From positions 99,946,001-100,010,000 of the forward strand of contig NC_058368.1 in the NCBI RefSeq assembly GCF_018350175.1: a stretch of 64,000 bases of DNA, read 5' to 3'. Of this stretch, positions 45,483 to 57,727 are shown one piece after another. Made by a program: the position numbers and the translations under genes. The notes below the pieces were generated by a model that was not told the DNA's origin, did not search any database, and was given only the letters and a program-made list of their open reading frames with translations. The first letter of the stretch is position 1. Every line of letters begins with the position of its first letter. The DNA comes from Felis catus. Taxonomy: Eukaryota.

Positions 45483-45483
<1 letters not shown>
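44761..45483 (+). mobile_element. Non-inverted 3' segment of the same L1 (ORF2 end + 3'UTR), with nested SINE
   Basis: ctgagtgtccatcaat...gccatttgcaacaacatggatggacc...gtacacctgaaattagtgtaa. Confidence 0.85.
44834..45060 (+). mobile_element. SINEC_Fc-type
   Basis: Perfect TSD aagaaagagatcct (44820-44833 / 45061-45074). Confidence 0.93.
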
Positions 45484-45513
<30 letters not shown>

Positions 45514-45573
45514 AAGAAGAAGAAGAACCACCACCACCACCACCACCACCACCACCACCACCACCACCACCAC
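45484..45573. repeat. Compound microsatellite (AAG)14 AAC (CAC)15
   Basis: Direct reading; both tracts uninterrupted. Confidence 0.95.
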
Positions 45574-48514
45574 TCTTCAGTACCCAAGAGAGCATCTCTG
45601 ATTATTTGGCCTCATACATCTACCCCAAATGAGTTCCAGAAGCTGCTTCAAGGTAAAACTATCGTCATTTATTCTTCCAGGACACAAAGACATATGCTGG
45701 AAAGGAGAAAATATCCAACTTTCCTCCCCTTCAAACATTCTGCCCATCGCCAAATGATCAGAATCAAGTCTACTTTCTGGACCAGCTTTCTCCCATCCAG
45801 CAACTAAGAGGCGATTCACTAAGCAACTTCTATTAAAGATAAAATGTGAACTCAGATTGAGTGAAGATATTCACTCTGTCCATACTGTAGAGTGGGCAGA
45901 ATAAGACTGCTAAGAATGAACAAATAAAAATCAATTGTGGACTAGCAAGACATTCTTTGTAAATTGTATACGTGCAAAATAAGTTGTTTTTTTTTTTTAA
46001 AGAATTGGAATTATTTCAACCTAGCTGGTTATTCTAGGCAGGAATAGGATTAGTTGATCTTTTCTTCTTTTTAAATTAATTAGATAAACACTGGGAAATT
46101 GATTGGGGTTACAAATCAAGCTTCTGGAAAGAGAATAAAGAGGCCACTGTAAATGTGCATGAAAATGTCTCATTAAAGGTATAGTCAAGTTACCTGGCTC
46201 CAGCCGGGCCCTTTGATTCACACTATTGAACCAGCTGCCAAGCATCTCCCTGGAGGGTAGCCATTAGAATGCTGGCTACATGGCAGAAATTACAATACAG
46301 CCTTCCTTGCATGTTTCTTCCCTACTTTTCAACAGTGGTAAAGTATTATCAGTAGTGAGAAACAAGGGGTGGGGGGGTGGGGTGGGGTGGGAGGGAGAGA
46401 AGTTAAAAAATGAATACGATTTCTAGACTAAAAAAATTCCTATTCTTTTCAAATAAGGGCAATAACAGAAAAAAACATTTTTTTTCTGTATTTGTATGAA
46501 AGATTTGTCACATGAATTTACCCATCATTTCTGCCTATTAGATGTTAATATTTTCCTTCAAAATAAGCAGTTACTAGTTTAAGTTCACAAATCACATTAA
46601 GTTCATAAATCACATAAACTAGTGATCACATAAATCACTAGTTTAAGCTCATAAATCACTAGTTAAGTTCATAAAAAGAGTAAAAATTTACTCTTTTTTA
46701 GCATGTCCTCTAATTTTGACATTTGACATTGGCCCCAAACAACCATCCGGATGCAAAGTCATGATGTCACTTTTGCTACTTCATTCACCCTTCCATCTAA
46801 CCCTATCCCTCCTTCCGTTTTACCACTGGAGTTGTTCTCGCTCAGACTGCTCTCAGTTCCAGTAACAGCCTCTACCCAGCTTTTCTAATGCTGATTCCTT
46901 CCTGCACAAAGGCATAGTGCAAATTCCTGAGAGAGTCTTCTTCCTGTGGCCTGTTTTTGGTTATATCCCCTGCTCAAGTGGCTTAAATAATTCCTGAAAG
47001 CCTCCTTTAGGCCAAGTGCCTTGGTAAGTATTCAAGGAAGGCACTCAAGTCCACACTCTGATCTAACCCGACTTCTCCCATACTTTTCCCCACTGGTCTC
47101 CCTTCAAATAATCCTAGGATCCAACAATTAGATGGCTCTCTTGGATCTGCCCTGCAAACCCCTCCTTCTCTCGCCAAGTCCACCAAATCCACTGCCCAAC
47201 AGGCGTCTTTCCCTATGGTTAGCCTCCTCGACAATGTTGGAAGCAAATCCCTTGCCAGTTTCATAAGGCCTCCTTCAGATCTCAAATTCCATCTCCTCAA
47301 GAAAGGTTTTGTTGACAACACATAAGAGGTTAGGACCTCAGTTTTATACACTTCTGACATCTGTTTCTCCGTTAATTCTTATAGCACGTATCATTAATTA
47401 AATATTTACATAATTACTTGAGTTATTCTGTTTCTGCTACAAGACAGTGAGTGACCTGAAAGCAAAGAGTGATATCTGTTTTTAATTCTGTACTCCCAGC
47501 ACCGGGGGATGTAGTGATCATGCCCTCTTGCCACCTATGTGCAATTTTCTGTCCCTGTCCTAGAATTGCTCTCAGACTGTGTGTGCACTGCAGCAATGTG
47601 TCATGATGATGTGTGTATGCATCTTATCTGGAGCCTTCAGGCTTTATTCACCCTTTGTCTCCCTGACAGCACCTTGCACAAATCTTTGCAGTGTTCAGTA
47701 AATGTGTAACGTAGTTGAGTCGAAAAATAATTAAATGAAGGCTTTGTTTTGAAGGGTTTAGTGGGAGGCTTTTTGTTTGTTTGTTTGTAAAACCTACAAG
47801 TAAAAATTGACCTTTGGAAAATTGGGATTATTGGCTCTGACTTCCGATCGTGTAAAGTCTTGTCTAAAGGAGAATAAATAAAGTTTATACTTTCTGCCAT
47901 TAAAGAGGTCTTAAACCTTGACCCTTTAATCACTTTAGATAGATTCATTTTTATGTTTACCATGTTTACACTACAAGAAGAATTTATTTCACATCTGTAT
48001 GATACAAATTCCTCTCAAAGTCTTTTAAACTTTTTCACATGTATGCATATTCAACAACTGCGTACAGAAATATCAGTGTGCTAAAAGGTCAATTGTTTTA
48101 GCAACATGAAATATTTGCTACGTCCATGAGTCTCCCCATGTCAAAACCATTCAACCAGCTTTTCTTGAGAGTGAATGTGTCAGCAGCTCTAGCATTTCCA
48201 CAGCAGCTCCAGAATTTCTATCAACAAATTGAGCAATATAGTTATAGCTATATAGTATCACTGGAGGACTTGTCTTTAAGGTGTAATTTCATAATAAATG
48301 TGCTATTTCTATTAAAATTCTATGTCCACTTGGAGTGGCCTGGATGGAAGCTAATGTAGATTATGGGGAACATATTCCCACACTAACAACTGATGGCACC
48401 ACTGGCCAGGTCAAATAAAACCTAGTATTACTATAGTTACAATTTTTCATGTTGCTTTAGAAACAAAAATTTTCCTTTCTCTTTTCAAACTTTCTCTTTC
48501 CTTTCTCTTTCCAA

Positions 48515-49239
48515 ACTTAATTGAGGAATAACTGACAAATATAATCATAGATACTTGAAGTAGACCTTGTGAGGGGTGCCTGGGTGGCTCAAAGGTTAAG
48601 CATTTGACTTTGGCTCAGGTCATGATCTCATCATTAGTGAGTTTGAGCCCCATGTCAGGCTCTGTGCTGACAGCTCAGAGCCTCAAGCCTGCTTCGGATT
48701 CTGTGTCTCCTTCTCTGACCCTCCCCTGCTCACACTCTGTCTGTTGGTCTCTCTCTCTCTAAAAAATAAACATTAAAAAAAATTTAAAGTGGACAATGTG
48801 ATGATTTGATATACATATACATTGCAAAATGATTACCAAGATCAAGATAACGAACACATCCATCACCTCACATATCTTTTTTTATTTTTGTGTGGTAAGA
48901 ATGTTTAAGATCTACTCTCAGCAACTTTTAAGTGTACAATACTGTGTTTTAAACTAGTTACCATGCTGTACATTAGATCTTCAGAACTTATTATCCTTAT
49001 AACTGGAACTTTGTACTCTTTAATCTACATCTTCCCATTTAGCTCCCTGGCAACCACCATTCTATTCTTGGTTTTTCTATGAAATCAGCAGGAGGTTTTG
49101 GGGGCGGGGGGGGTTGTTTGTTTGTTTGTTTGTTTTTAGATTACACACACAATCTACTATTTATCTTTCTCTGTCTAGCTTATTTTACTTAGCAGAATGC
49201 CTTCCAAGTTCTTTCTTCTTTTTATGGCATACTAATATT

Positions 49240-49278
<39 letters not shown>

Positions 49279-49390
49279 ATAGTCTTTATCCGTTCATTTA
49301 GGTTGTATCAATATCTTGACTATTGTGAATCATGCTGCAATAAATATGGGTGTGCAGATATTTCTTCAAGATAAATGACTTCATTTTCTC
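48515..49390 (-). mobile_element. L1MA-like 3' end relic with nested SINE and (TG)n
   Basis: gtgatgatttgatatacatatacattg...ttaagatctactctcagcaactt...ccatgctgtacattagatc...cctggcaaccaccattcta. Confidence 0.8.
48573..48786 (+). mobile_element. SINEC_Fc-type
   Basis: ggggtgcctgggtggctc head, (CT)n, A tail. Confidence 0.9.
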
Positions 49391-49927
49391 CAGATGTAAC
49401 CATTTTTCATTCTTCCACAGTCAACAATCTTGCAAAGGGGGTAGTATATTTACTGAGGAAACAGGTGCTCTATTACTTTGAGTAAAAAATGCTAATTTAT
49501 GCAAAGTTCAAATTTAAAATAATTTTTATTAGCAATAGTTGTTCAAGTCCCCTCAGCATATGAAACAGGATTTACTGCAGACAACGACTTTCTCTTACAA
49601 ATGAATCAGTCTACTTATTTATTTGGAGAAGTGCTTTCCCAATCTGCATCAAGAAATATCATAGAGTAAGTCATCCTGTAAAATATATGGCTTCTGTCAT
49701 TCCTACCCACCTAATAAAAACTTGTATAAGAGAAAAAGGAAACTTAACCAAAGCTGTCTGCATCTGCTAACAAAAGCTGAACCAAAATGAGGGAGAGAGA
49801 AGCAGGCAGAGATGGAGTCCGTGTCCCGCCCATGCTGATTATATTTCTGCTCCTGCCATCCTTCATTACAATCAGACTGCCCAGAGCAGTGTTTTCCAAT
49901 TAGGGCATGTGAGTTACAATGAAGATA

Positions 49928-50112
49928 ATTTTTAAAGTTTATTTATTTTGAGAGAGAGAGCATGCAAATGGGGGAGGGACAGAGAGAGAGAATCCCAAGC
50001 AGGCTCTGCAATGTCAGTGGAGAGTTGATGCAGGGCTTGAACTAATGAATTGGAGGATCATGACCTGAGCCAAAGTCAGATGCTTAACTGACTGAGCCAC
50101 CTAGGCAGCCCT
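49928..50112 (-). mobile_element. Can-SINE
   Basis: tttatttattttgagagagag...ctgagccacctaggcagccc. Confidence 0.88.
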
Positions 50113-50989
50113 TTAGATACTTTTTTTTTAATTCCATGTGTTTATTTTACTAACAATCTAAGATTTTATACATAAGCACATTCTGGATATCTGTCAGTAC
50201 TTCAGTGTAGCTTCATCATTTCAGTACCCATGTATCTGTCTTTCCTACCATACCGAAACCCAACAGTTCACCAATTTGCTGAAGCTCATGACAAAAAGCA
50301 CAGATATGAGGTAAATATAAAAATAATATTTTCACTCTGCACGAATGTTCGATGGATATCAATAAACACTCTCAAAACAATGGTTATATAACTGTTTCCA
50401 TGAAGACAAGTGAAGGGACTTTTGAGTTATCCCTGAGCGAGCAAAGGGAAGGTAAAAGATAGGCCAAACTTAAAAGAACCTGCCTTGTGGCAGCCGGTTT
50501 CATATTTATATTTTGAGCACTGATTCAGTTTTAGCAAACAACATCATCTGTCATAGTAAAACAATGTTTTTAAATAAAAATTTCTGTTCTCTTTTCATTT
50601 TGTTTGCATTGATTGAAAAGATTATTTTGGAGATTATGGGGGGAAAGGCTGGATGGAGATTATGAGGAACCACCCTCCACCACCAGCTACCAATTGACAG
50701 CACCACTAGGAAAGAAAAACAGGAACACAGTATTACTGTACCATCAACATGTAATTTTTTATGTTGTTTTAAATCAAGACACAAAAATCAGTCATTATTT
50801 TTTTACTCTTCTCCATTCAACAACCTCATAAAAAGGAGTAGTATACCCAACAATAAGCCAAAAATCTTGAACCCTTAAAAATATTGAAAATAAAGAAGAA
50901 GAAAAATAATTTTAAACTACATTGAGGGATATGATCATTTTTGTTTTCATTTAAAAGGTGCCATGAACTTCTCAACTTTGAGAATCAAG

Positions 50990-51428
50990 GCTCTTACCTA
51001 CCCAGCATCTTTTGTCCTAACTTTAGTAATAGCATCCCATTCATGCCTTGGAAGACCACTCCTCTGTTCCACATGGTTGAAGTAGAAGAATGAATCATGC
51101 TGCTGCTTTGTCCCTTATCCAACATACGGGCACATGACTCACATTAGTGAAATCAGATTCTCCCTCCCAGGATTGTGACTATGAGATGGAGATATATAAA
51201 GGTATCAAATGGATAGAACTGAGTTACTTCCAAGGAACATGACTACGAGCCCTTGTTACTGAGATCAATGGAACTCTAGTAGGTTTCTCTTCTTTCCTGG
51301 AAACGTGTTGTTGAACTTACTATCCTGTATCATGAGTAATACATTGTCCTTCCTATAAATTCCTTTTCTTTTTTTAAATTTAACCAAATTCAGTTTCTAC
51401 TGGTCACCTAGAATCCTAACTGATGCAT
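50990..51428 (+). mobile_element. MLT1-like (MaLR) LTR relic
   Basis: gggcacatgactc...aatcagattctccctcccagga...ataaattccttttc...agaatcctaactgatgca resembles an MLT1 3' end. Confidence 0.55.
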
Positions 51429-51759
51429 TCATCTAAACAAAACTAATCCACATTCACACAAACATCAAAGAAAAAAACTAAAATAGCACTCAAGAGTTTA
51501 CAGAAGGATAGAGAAGAGAAAAGCAAGACTGTACATAGTATTTTCTTCCTTTTTCTGACTAGCTCCAAATTAACTTATTAATAAATTTTAAAGTTGGCAT
51601 GCATTTGGCTCTATAATGTATCACACACAACTAAACATCTCTTGAAAGCAAGAACTAAATCTTATTCATGTGCTGTTTCTAACATCTTATAAAATACCTG
51701 GCATACATAGTAGAGTCAACAAATATGTTTGAATATATTTCATATGTCAATACACAAAG

Positions 51760-51819
51760 AGGGTTTTTTTGAAGTTTATTTACTTTCAGAGAGATAGAGA
51801 GAAAGAGTGGAGGAGGGGC

Positions 51820-51850
<31 letters not shown>

Positions 51851-51974
51851 CAAGCAGGCTCCCCGCTGTCAGTGCAGAGCCAGATGCAGGGCTCGAACTC
51901 ACAAACTATGAGATCATGACCTGAGCAAAAAACCAAGAGTCAGATGCTTAACCACCTGAGCCACCCAGGCACCC
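51760..51974 (-). mobile_element. Can-SINE
   Basis: T tail, (GA)n, ...ctgagccacccaggcaccc. Confidence 0.9.
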
Positions 51975-52004
51975 ACAAAGAGTTTTTAAAATTCATCGAG
52001 TTTA

Positions 52005-52228
52005 GGGCGCCTGGGTGGCGCAGTCGGTTAAGTGTCCGACTTCAGCCAGGTCACGATCTCGCGGTTCGTGAGTTCGAGCCCCGCATCAGGCTCTGGGCTG
52101 ATGGCTCGGAGCCTGGAGCCTGTTTCCGATTCTGTGTCTCCCTCTCTCTCTGCCCCTGCCCTGTTCATGCTCTGTCTCTCTCTGTCCCAAAAATAAAATA
52201 AACGTTGAAAAAAAAATTAAAAAAAAAT
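52005..52228 (+). mobile_element. Young SINEC_Fc
   Basis: Perfect 17-bp TSD aaaattcatcgagttta. Confidence 0.95.
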
Positions 52229-53154
52229 AAAATTCATCGAGTTTATTGTAAAGAGAGGGACAGGTCACTTTTGCAGTTATTTGGAGAATGACCTTTAGAA
52301 AGGTAATTATTAGTACCACAAGCATCCTTCACTCTACAGTAAATTCCTTTAAGTCAGAAAATGTTTTTTATCTTTGTATCTCCAGAGTCCTAAAAGCATC
52401 TGGTATATAAGTATCACTCAGTAATGGTTTAGTAAATTAATTTATATTAAAATTAGAAATATCACTCAGGAGCATTCATGATATAAATTAATGTGACTTG
52501 AATTTGAAGACGCTTTTTATGTCCTACTCTAGTTCACGCCTAAGTCTCTATCAAACTATCTGTATTACTTACCAAATTTCCTCCTTAAGGCTATCAAGTA
52601 GGCTACATAGCAGCACCGATTATTCCAAATTCTCTAATAATTCACTAGGTCTGTTGAGGTCTAAAGCGAGAACCATGGAACAATGAATATTAATTTAATC
52701 GGTAGTACGGATTCTGTCAGGAGTACTGCCATTCTCAACAACTTGATTAATATATTCTAAGTCCTTTTTGCTGAAGCACACTATATAGAAATCACTTTAA
52801 TGCATGCAAAACCTCTGTGACCTAGCTTGTTCTTTCTCAGAGCTTCAAACACCAGTTAGCTTTACCTTTACTTATAGTCCACCCTTATTTCACCTTTCCA
52901 ATCCAAATTTTTGTTAGACACTCAGCAGAGTTAAGGCTTGGTCTTATGTAGGTTATATCTCACTTAAAAATGGATTTTGGTAAGAAGAGTCTAAAGGAAG
53001 TGGTCTCCAAATTTGAACAAAGATGTGATAAGCATACTGTACATCAGGGAAATCACTACACTCCTTGGAGCTGTGGGATTTGAAATCCACAATAGAAAAT
53101 GAAATAACTCCTTGCCTGAGATATTTAATTATCAAAACAAAGCAAAAGACAACA

Positions 53155-54812
53155 GTATGGTCAATGAATCTTCAACCAAGGAGGCAAGAATATGCAGTGG
53201 GAAAAAGTCTCCTCAACAAATAGTGTTGGGAAAACTGGACCACTTTATATACCATATACAAAAATAAACTTGAAATGGATTAAGGACATAAATGTAAGAC
53301 CTAAACCATAAAAATCCTAGAAGAGAGCTCAGGCAGTAATTTCACAGACATTGGCCATAACAACATCTTACTGGATATGTCTCCTGAGGCAAGGGAAACA
53401 AAAGCAAAACTAAACTATTGGGACTAGTTCAAAATAAAAAGCTTGTGCATAGCAAAAAACAAACAAACAAACAAACAAAAACAAAACAAAAGAAAACAGC
53501 CACCAAAATTAAAAGACAACCCAGTTAATGGGAAAAGATAGTTGCAAATGACATATCCAAGAAAGCATTCGTGTCCAAAACATGTAAAGAATTTACACAA
53601 CTCAACATCAAAAAAAAAAAAAAAAATCTAATAATCCAATTAAAATGGGCAGAAGAGGGGCGCCTGGGTGGCGCAGTCGGTTAAGCGTCCGATTTCAGCC
53701 AGGTCACGATCTCGCGGTCTGTGAGTTCGAGCCCCGCGTCAGGCTCTGGGCTGATGGCTCGGAGCCTAGAGCCTGTTTCCGATTCTGTGTCTCCCTCTCT
53801 CTCTGCCCCTCCCCCATTCATGCTCTGTCTCTCTCTGTCCCAAAAATAAATTAAAACGTTGAAAAAAAATTTTTTTAAATGGGCAGAAGACATGAACAGA
53901 CATTTCTCCAAAAAAGACATACAGATGGCCAAAAGACACATGAAAAGATGTTTAACATCACTCATCATCAGGGAAATGCAAATCAAAACCACAATGAGAT
54001 ATCACTTCACACCCATCAAAATGGCTAAAATTAAAAACTGAAGAAACAACAAGTGTTGGCGAGAATGTGGAGTAAAAGGAACCCTCTTGTACTGTTGGTG
54101 GGAATGCAAACTGGTACAGCTACTCTGGAAGACAGTATGGACGTTCCTCAAAAAATTAAAAATACAACTACCATATGATCCAGTAATTGCAGAAATGGGT
54201 ATTTACCAAAAGAATAAAAAAATATTAATTCAAAGTGATATATGCACTCCTATGTTTAATGCAGCATTATTTACAATAGCCAAATTATGGAAGTAGCCCA
54301 AGTGTCCATCAGATGAACATATAAAGAAGATGTGATATATATGTGGTATATGTGTATGTGCTGTGTGTGTGTATATGCATGCACACAGACAACACACAGA
54401 GACACAGGGTTATCATTTAGCCATAAAACAAGAATGAAATCTTGCCGTTTGCCACAATATGGGTGGATCTAGAGAGTATAATGCTAAGCAAAATAAGCCA
54501 GTCACAGAAAGACAAATACTATATGATTTCACTCATATGTGGAATTTAAGAAACATAACAAATGAACAAAGGGGAGAAAAGAGAGACAAAGCAAAAACAG
54601 ACTCTTAACTACAGAGAACAAACAGGTGGTTATCAAAGGGGAAGTGGGTGGGGGGATGGATGAAGAAGGTGAAAGGGATTAAGAGTACACTTACCTTGAT
54701 GAGCACTGACTGATATATGGAACTCCTGAATTAGTGTATTGTACACCTGAAATTAATAGAACACTGTATGCTAACTATACTAGAATTAACATTTTTAAAA
54801 AAATAAAATTTT
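53155..54812 (+). mobile_element. 5'-truncated carnivore L1 (ORF2 C-terminus + 3'UTR)
   Basis: Translations [25 protein letters not shown]... and [16 protein letters not shown]... are the ORF2p C-terminal region. Confidence 0.92.
53657..53876 (+). mobile_element. Young SINEC_Fc inside L1
   Basis: TSD aaatgggcagaaga. Confidence 0.95.
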
Positions 54813-55056
54813 AAAACTTTGTTATAATCCTCTCTCTCTGTCATTAACTAGCTTTATGTCCTTGATCAAGTTATTTATTCCTTCCAAACTTCAGCTGCCA
54901 TGTTTATCCATCTATCCACACCTATACTTTGAGAAAGAACTTTTTTTTCTTTGACCATATCATGCTCTCTCTTATCTTCATACTTTTGTACATGTTAGAA
55001 ATGTTCTTTCCTCATGATCTCCTTATTTGCTGCAAATCAAGTTTACTTTGTGCAGC

Positions 55057-55057
<1 letters not shown>

Positions 55058-55111
<54 letters not shown>

Positions 55112-55150
55112 AAAGGAAAGAAGGAAGAAAGGAAGGAAGGGAAGGGAAAG
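55058..55150. repeat. (GAAA)n / purine-rich microsatellite
   Basis: Direct reading. Confidence 0.9.
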
Positions 55151-56105
55151 AAAAAACAAAAGAATTCTTGCCTCCTGTTAACTGCCCAACTTTTTATTTA
55201 TCAGCATATACTCAATCATTACCTCTTCCTAGAAGCATCCAAACTGCTCTAGTGTACCCTCTCTGTGCTCCTATAGCATCCTGGGCGTGTCTCTCCCATA
55301 ACTCTCATCACACTATGTCATTACTGTTCTTGCTGATCTATACATCTCTTCTCTTGGCCTAAGAGCTCTTTGTACAGGTTGTGTCTTATTCCTAATGCTA
55401 CTCTTATTACTTAATATAGTCCTGTGCATATTAAGAGCTCAATAAGTGAACTAATGAATGGATGGACAGATGAATAAAAAAAGATTCTGTTCTAATACTG
55501 GTGTTTATGACAACCAAATGGCATATTTGGTAAATATTATTCTACAGATACAAAAACCTCTGGAATAATGCTTAATCTCATTAAAATACAAACTGTACAT
55601 GAAGGAAGGAAATCTAGCTACATCCTTTCCTGCTAAAAGAGGACTACACGGTGGAATCTATTGTTTTTATGGTCCATAGATCAGCTTAATTGCAACGCAG
55701 GTATTTATATAAACACAATAATGCTATTTATAGTCAAGTCACTATAAATGCTTTCTTTTAATGATTTCAGAAGTTAAAGGAGAAAATGAACATCATCATT
55801 GACACAGCAGTTTTTATAATTGAGTTTTGAATAATAAATGAATAATGTATAAGAATGTAATATAAAAGAAGTTTAGGAAGTACATGTTTCTCATGATATA
55901 AATATATATTATTATATAGAAAATCTCCTAATTTTACTGATAAGATAGTATTTAATATTATATAAGAAAAAAAATGCCAGTGTTAATAATATCACTAAGC
56001 TCATTTCAAAACATATTTTAATACAATTTCGTTTCAAGTTTTCTTTACTATCAGTGTAGTGAAATCAAGTATATCTTATTTTAAGCCTAAAAAGAAATCA
56101 TTAGG

Positions 56106-56313
56106 CTGGGGCGCAGTCGGTTAAGTGTCTGACTTCAGCCAGGTCACGATCTCATGGTCCGTGAGTTCGAGCCCCGTGTCAGGCTCTGGGCTGATGGCTC
56201 AGAGCCTAGAGCCTGTTTCCGATTCTGTGTCTCCCTCTCTCTCTGCCCCTCCCCCATTCATGCTCTGTCTCTCTCTGTCCCAAAAATAAATAAACGTTGA
56301 AAAAAAAAATTTT
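56106..56313 (+). mobile_element. Young SINEC_Fc, shortened head
   Basis: TSD aaaaagaaatcattagg. Confidence 0.93.
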
Positions 56314-56563
56314 AAAAAGAAATCATTAGGGAGATTTCAAATGTTTGTTAATGGCATAATTTTACTGTAACAAATAAGGCACACCATTCATATTTATGTT
56401 TGTTTTTCATTTATATTTTACAACTACAAATGCTTCATGGTCTAAGCCCCAAACTGCACTATTTCTAATAGCTCAAAAACACAAATATCTAGAAACCAAA
56501 GCATGTTGACAAGATGCTATTTTATTTTTGACAATTATTTTTAATTGTTGTAAATGGGGAAAA

Positions 56564-56646
56564 AAAGGAAAACTGCAATTCTGAGAATCTGAATTTCATC
56601 TTTTATATAGATGAAATTCAGATTCTCAAAATTGCAGTTTTCCTTT
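56564..56646. repeat. Near-perfect inverted repeat, 38-bp arms, 7-nt loop
   Basis: 56564-56601 is the reverse complement of 56609-56646 with a single mismatch (56581/56629). Confidence 0.95.
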
Positions 56647-57103
56647 ATGATGACCACTGTTCTAAAAGTTCAGTAGATTGTTTATAAATTCCCAAAAGAG
56701 TAATACATAAGGAGAAAAAAAGGGAGAAGACGCACAGTCAAAAAGTTTATTTCTTACAATCATTCAGTTTCTCTGGAGGAGCTGAATAATAGTATAGATG
56801 CATCAAAAAACCTGTAAAAAGTAGTTGATGCAAAAAAGTATTCAATCACAATTTTTTCCCTGACCTTGTATACTATCCATATTTGTGGTAATTCTCATTT
56901 CTTCATATTTGTTTCTTAAAATGTATCAGAAAAAATGAATTGATTTAGGGATTAAATACCATTTTTCTCTAACATGTGGGACACTCAGGGCAACTATAAA
57001 TTTTAGGAGAGGTAAAAAGGCAGCAAATCTGACTGTACACATGATGTGAAAAGAAAAGGTCAAGAATGAACAGTAGGGGTGCAGTGAGCCATCATTAACT
57101 TAG

Positions 57104-57267
57104 AACACAATATAACTGACCACTACAGAACAAAATACCATTGGGTTGTCATCTGAAAAAACTTGTAGCCCTCAACTTAAAAATAAACACAATTCAACTG
57201 ACCCCTATAGAACAAAATGCCACTGGGTTGTCATCTGAAAAACTTGTAGCCCTCAATTTAAAAATAA
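57104..57267. repeat. Tandem duplication of an ~82-bp unit (2 diverged copies)
   Basis: aacacaa...gaacaaaat.cca.tgggttgtcatctgaaaaa.cttgtagccctcaa.ttaaaaataaa twice. Confidence 0.9.
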
Positions 57268-57504
57268 AAAGCTCACTTTTACCTCTTCTAAATAATCAAC
57301 AAAGAATGTTGGTAAGTTACACAAACTGCATTGTCACCATTTGGCTTTCACAGCGCTGGGGACCTCCAGCCCCCAACAAGGAAGAATCTATTTCCCTGAA
57401 AACTGAATGGTTTAGACCCACTGCTAGTGAATTTTCAATATGGTAAAGATCATCTTAACTAGGAACCTCTCTTTAATTACTTATACAAATTTTACACTCT
57501 TAAA

Positions 57505-57727
57505 AATTTTTTTTTCTTCAACGTTTTTTTTTATTTATTTTTTGGAAAGAGAGAGACAGAGCATGAACGGGGGAGGGGCAGAGAGAGAGGGAGACACAGA
57601 ATCGGAAACAGGCTCCAGGCTCCGAGCCATCAGCCCAGAGCCTGACGCGGGGCTCGAACTCACGGACCGCGAGATCGTGACCTGGCTGAAGTCGGACGCT
57701 TAACCGACTGCACCACCCAGGCGCCCC
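57505..57727 (-). mobile_element. Young SINEC_Fc
   Basis: CpG-rich; TSD aaattttacactcttaaa. Confidence 0.95.

Noticed and set aside
45469..45807. ORF with poly-Lys/poly-His run
   Set aside because: It is only the translation of the (AAG)14/(CAC)15 microsatellite at an L1 tail; non-ATG start and no other coding signal.
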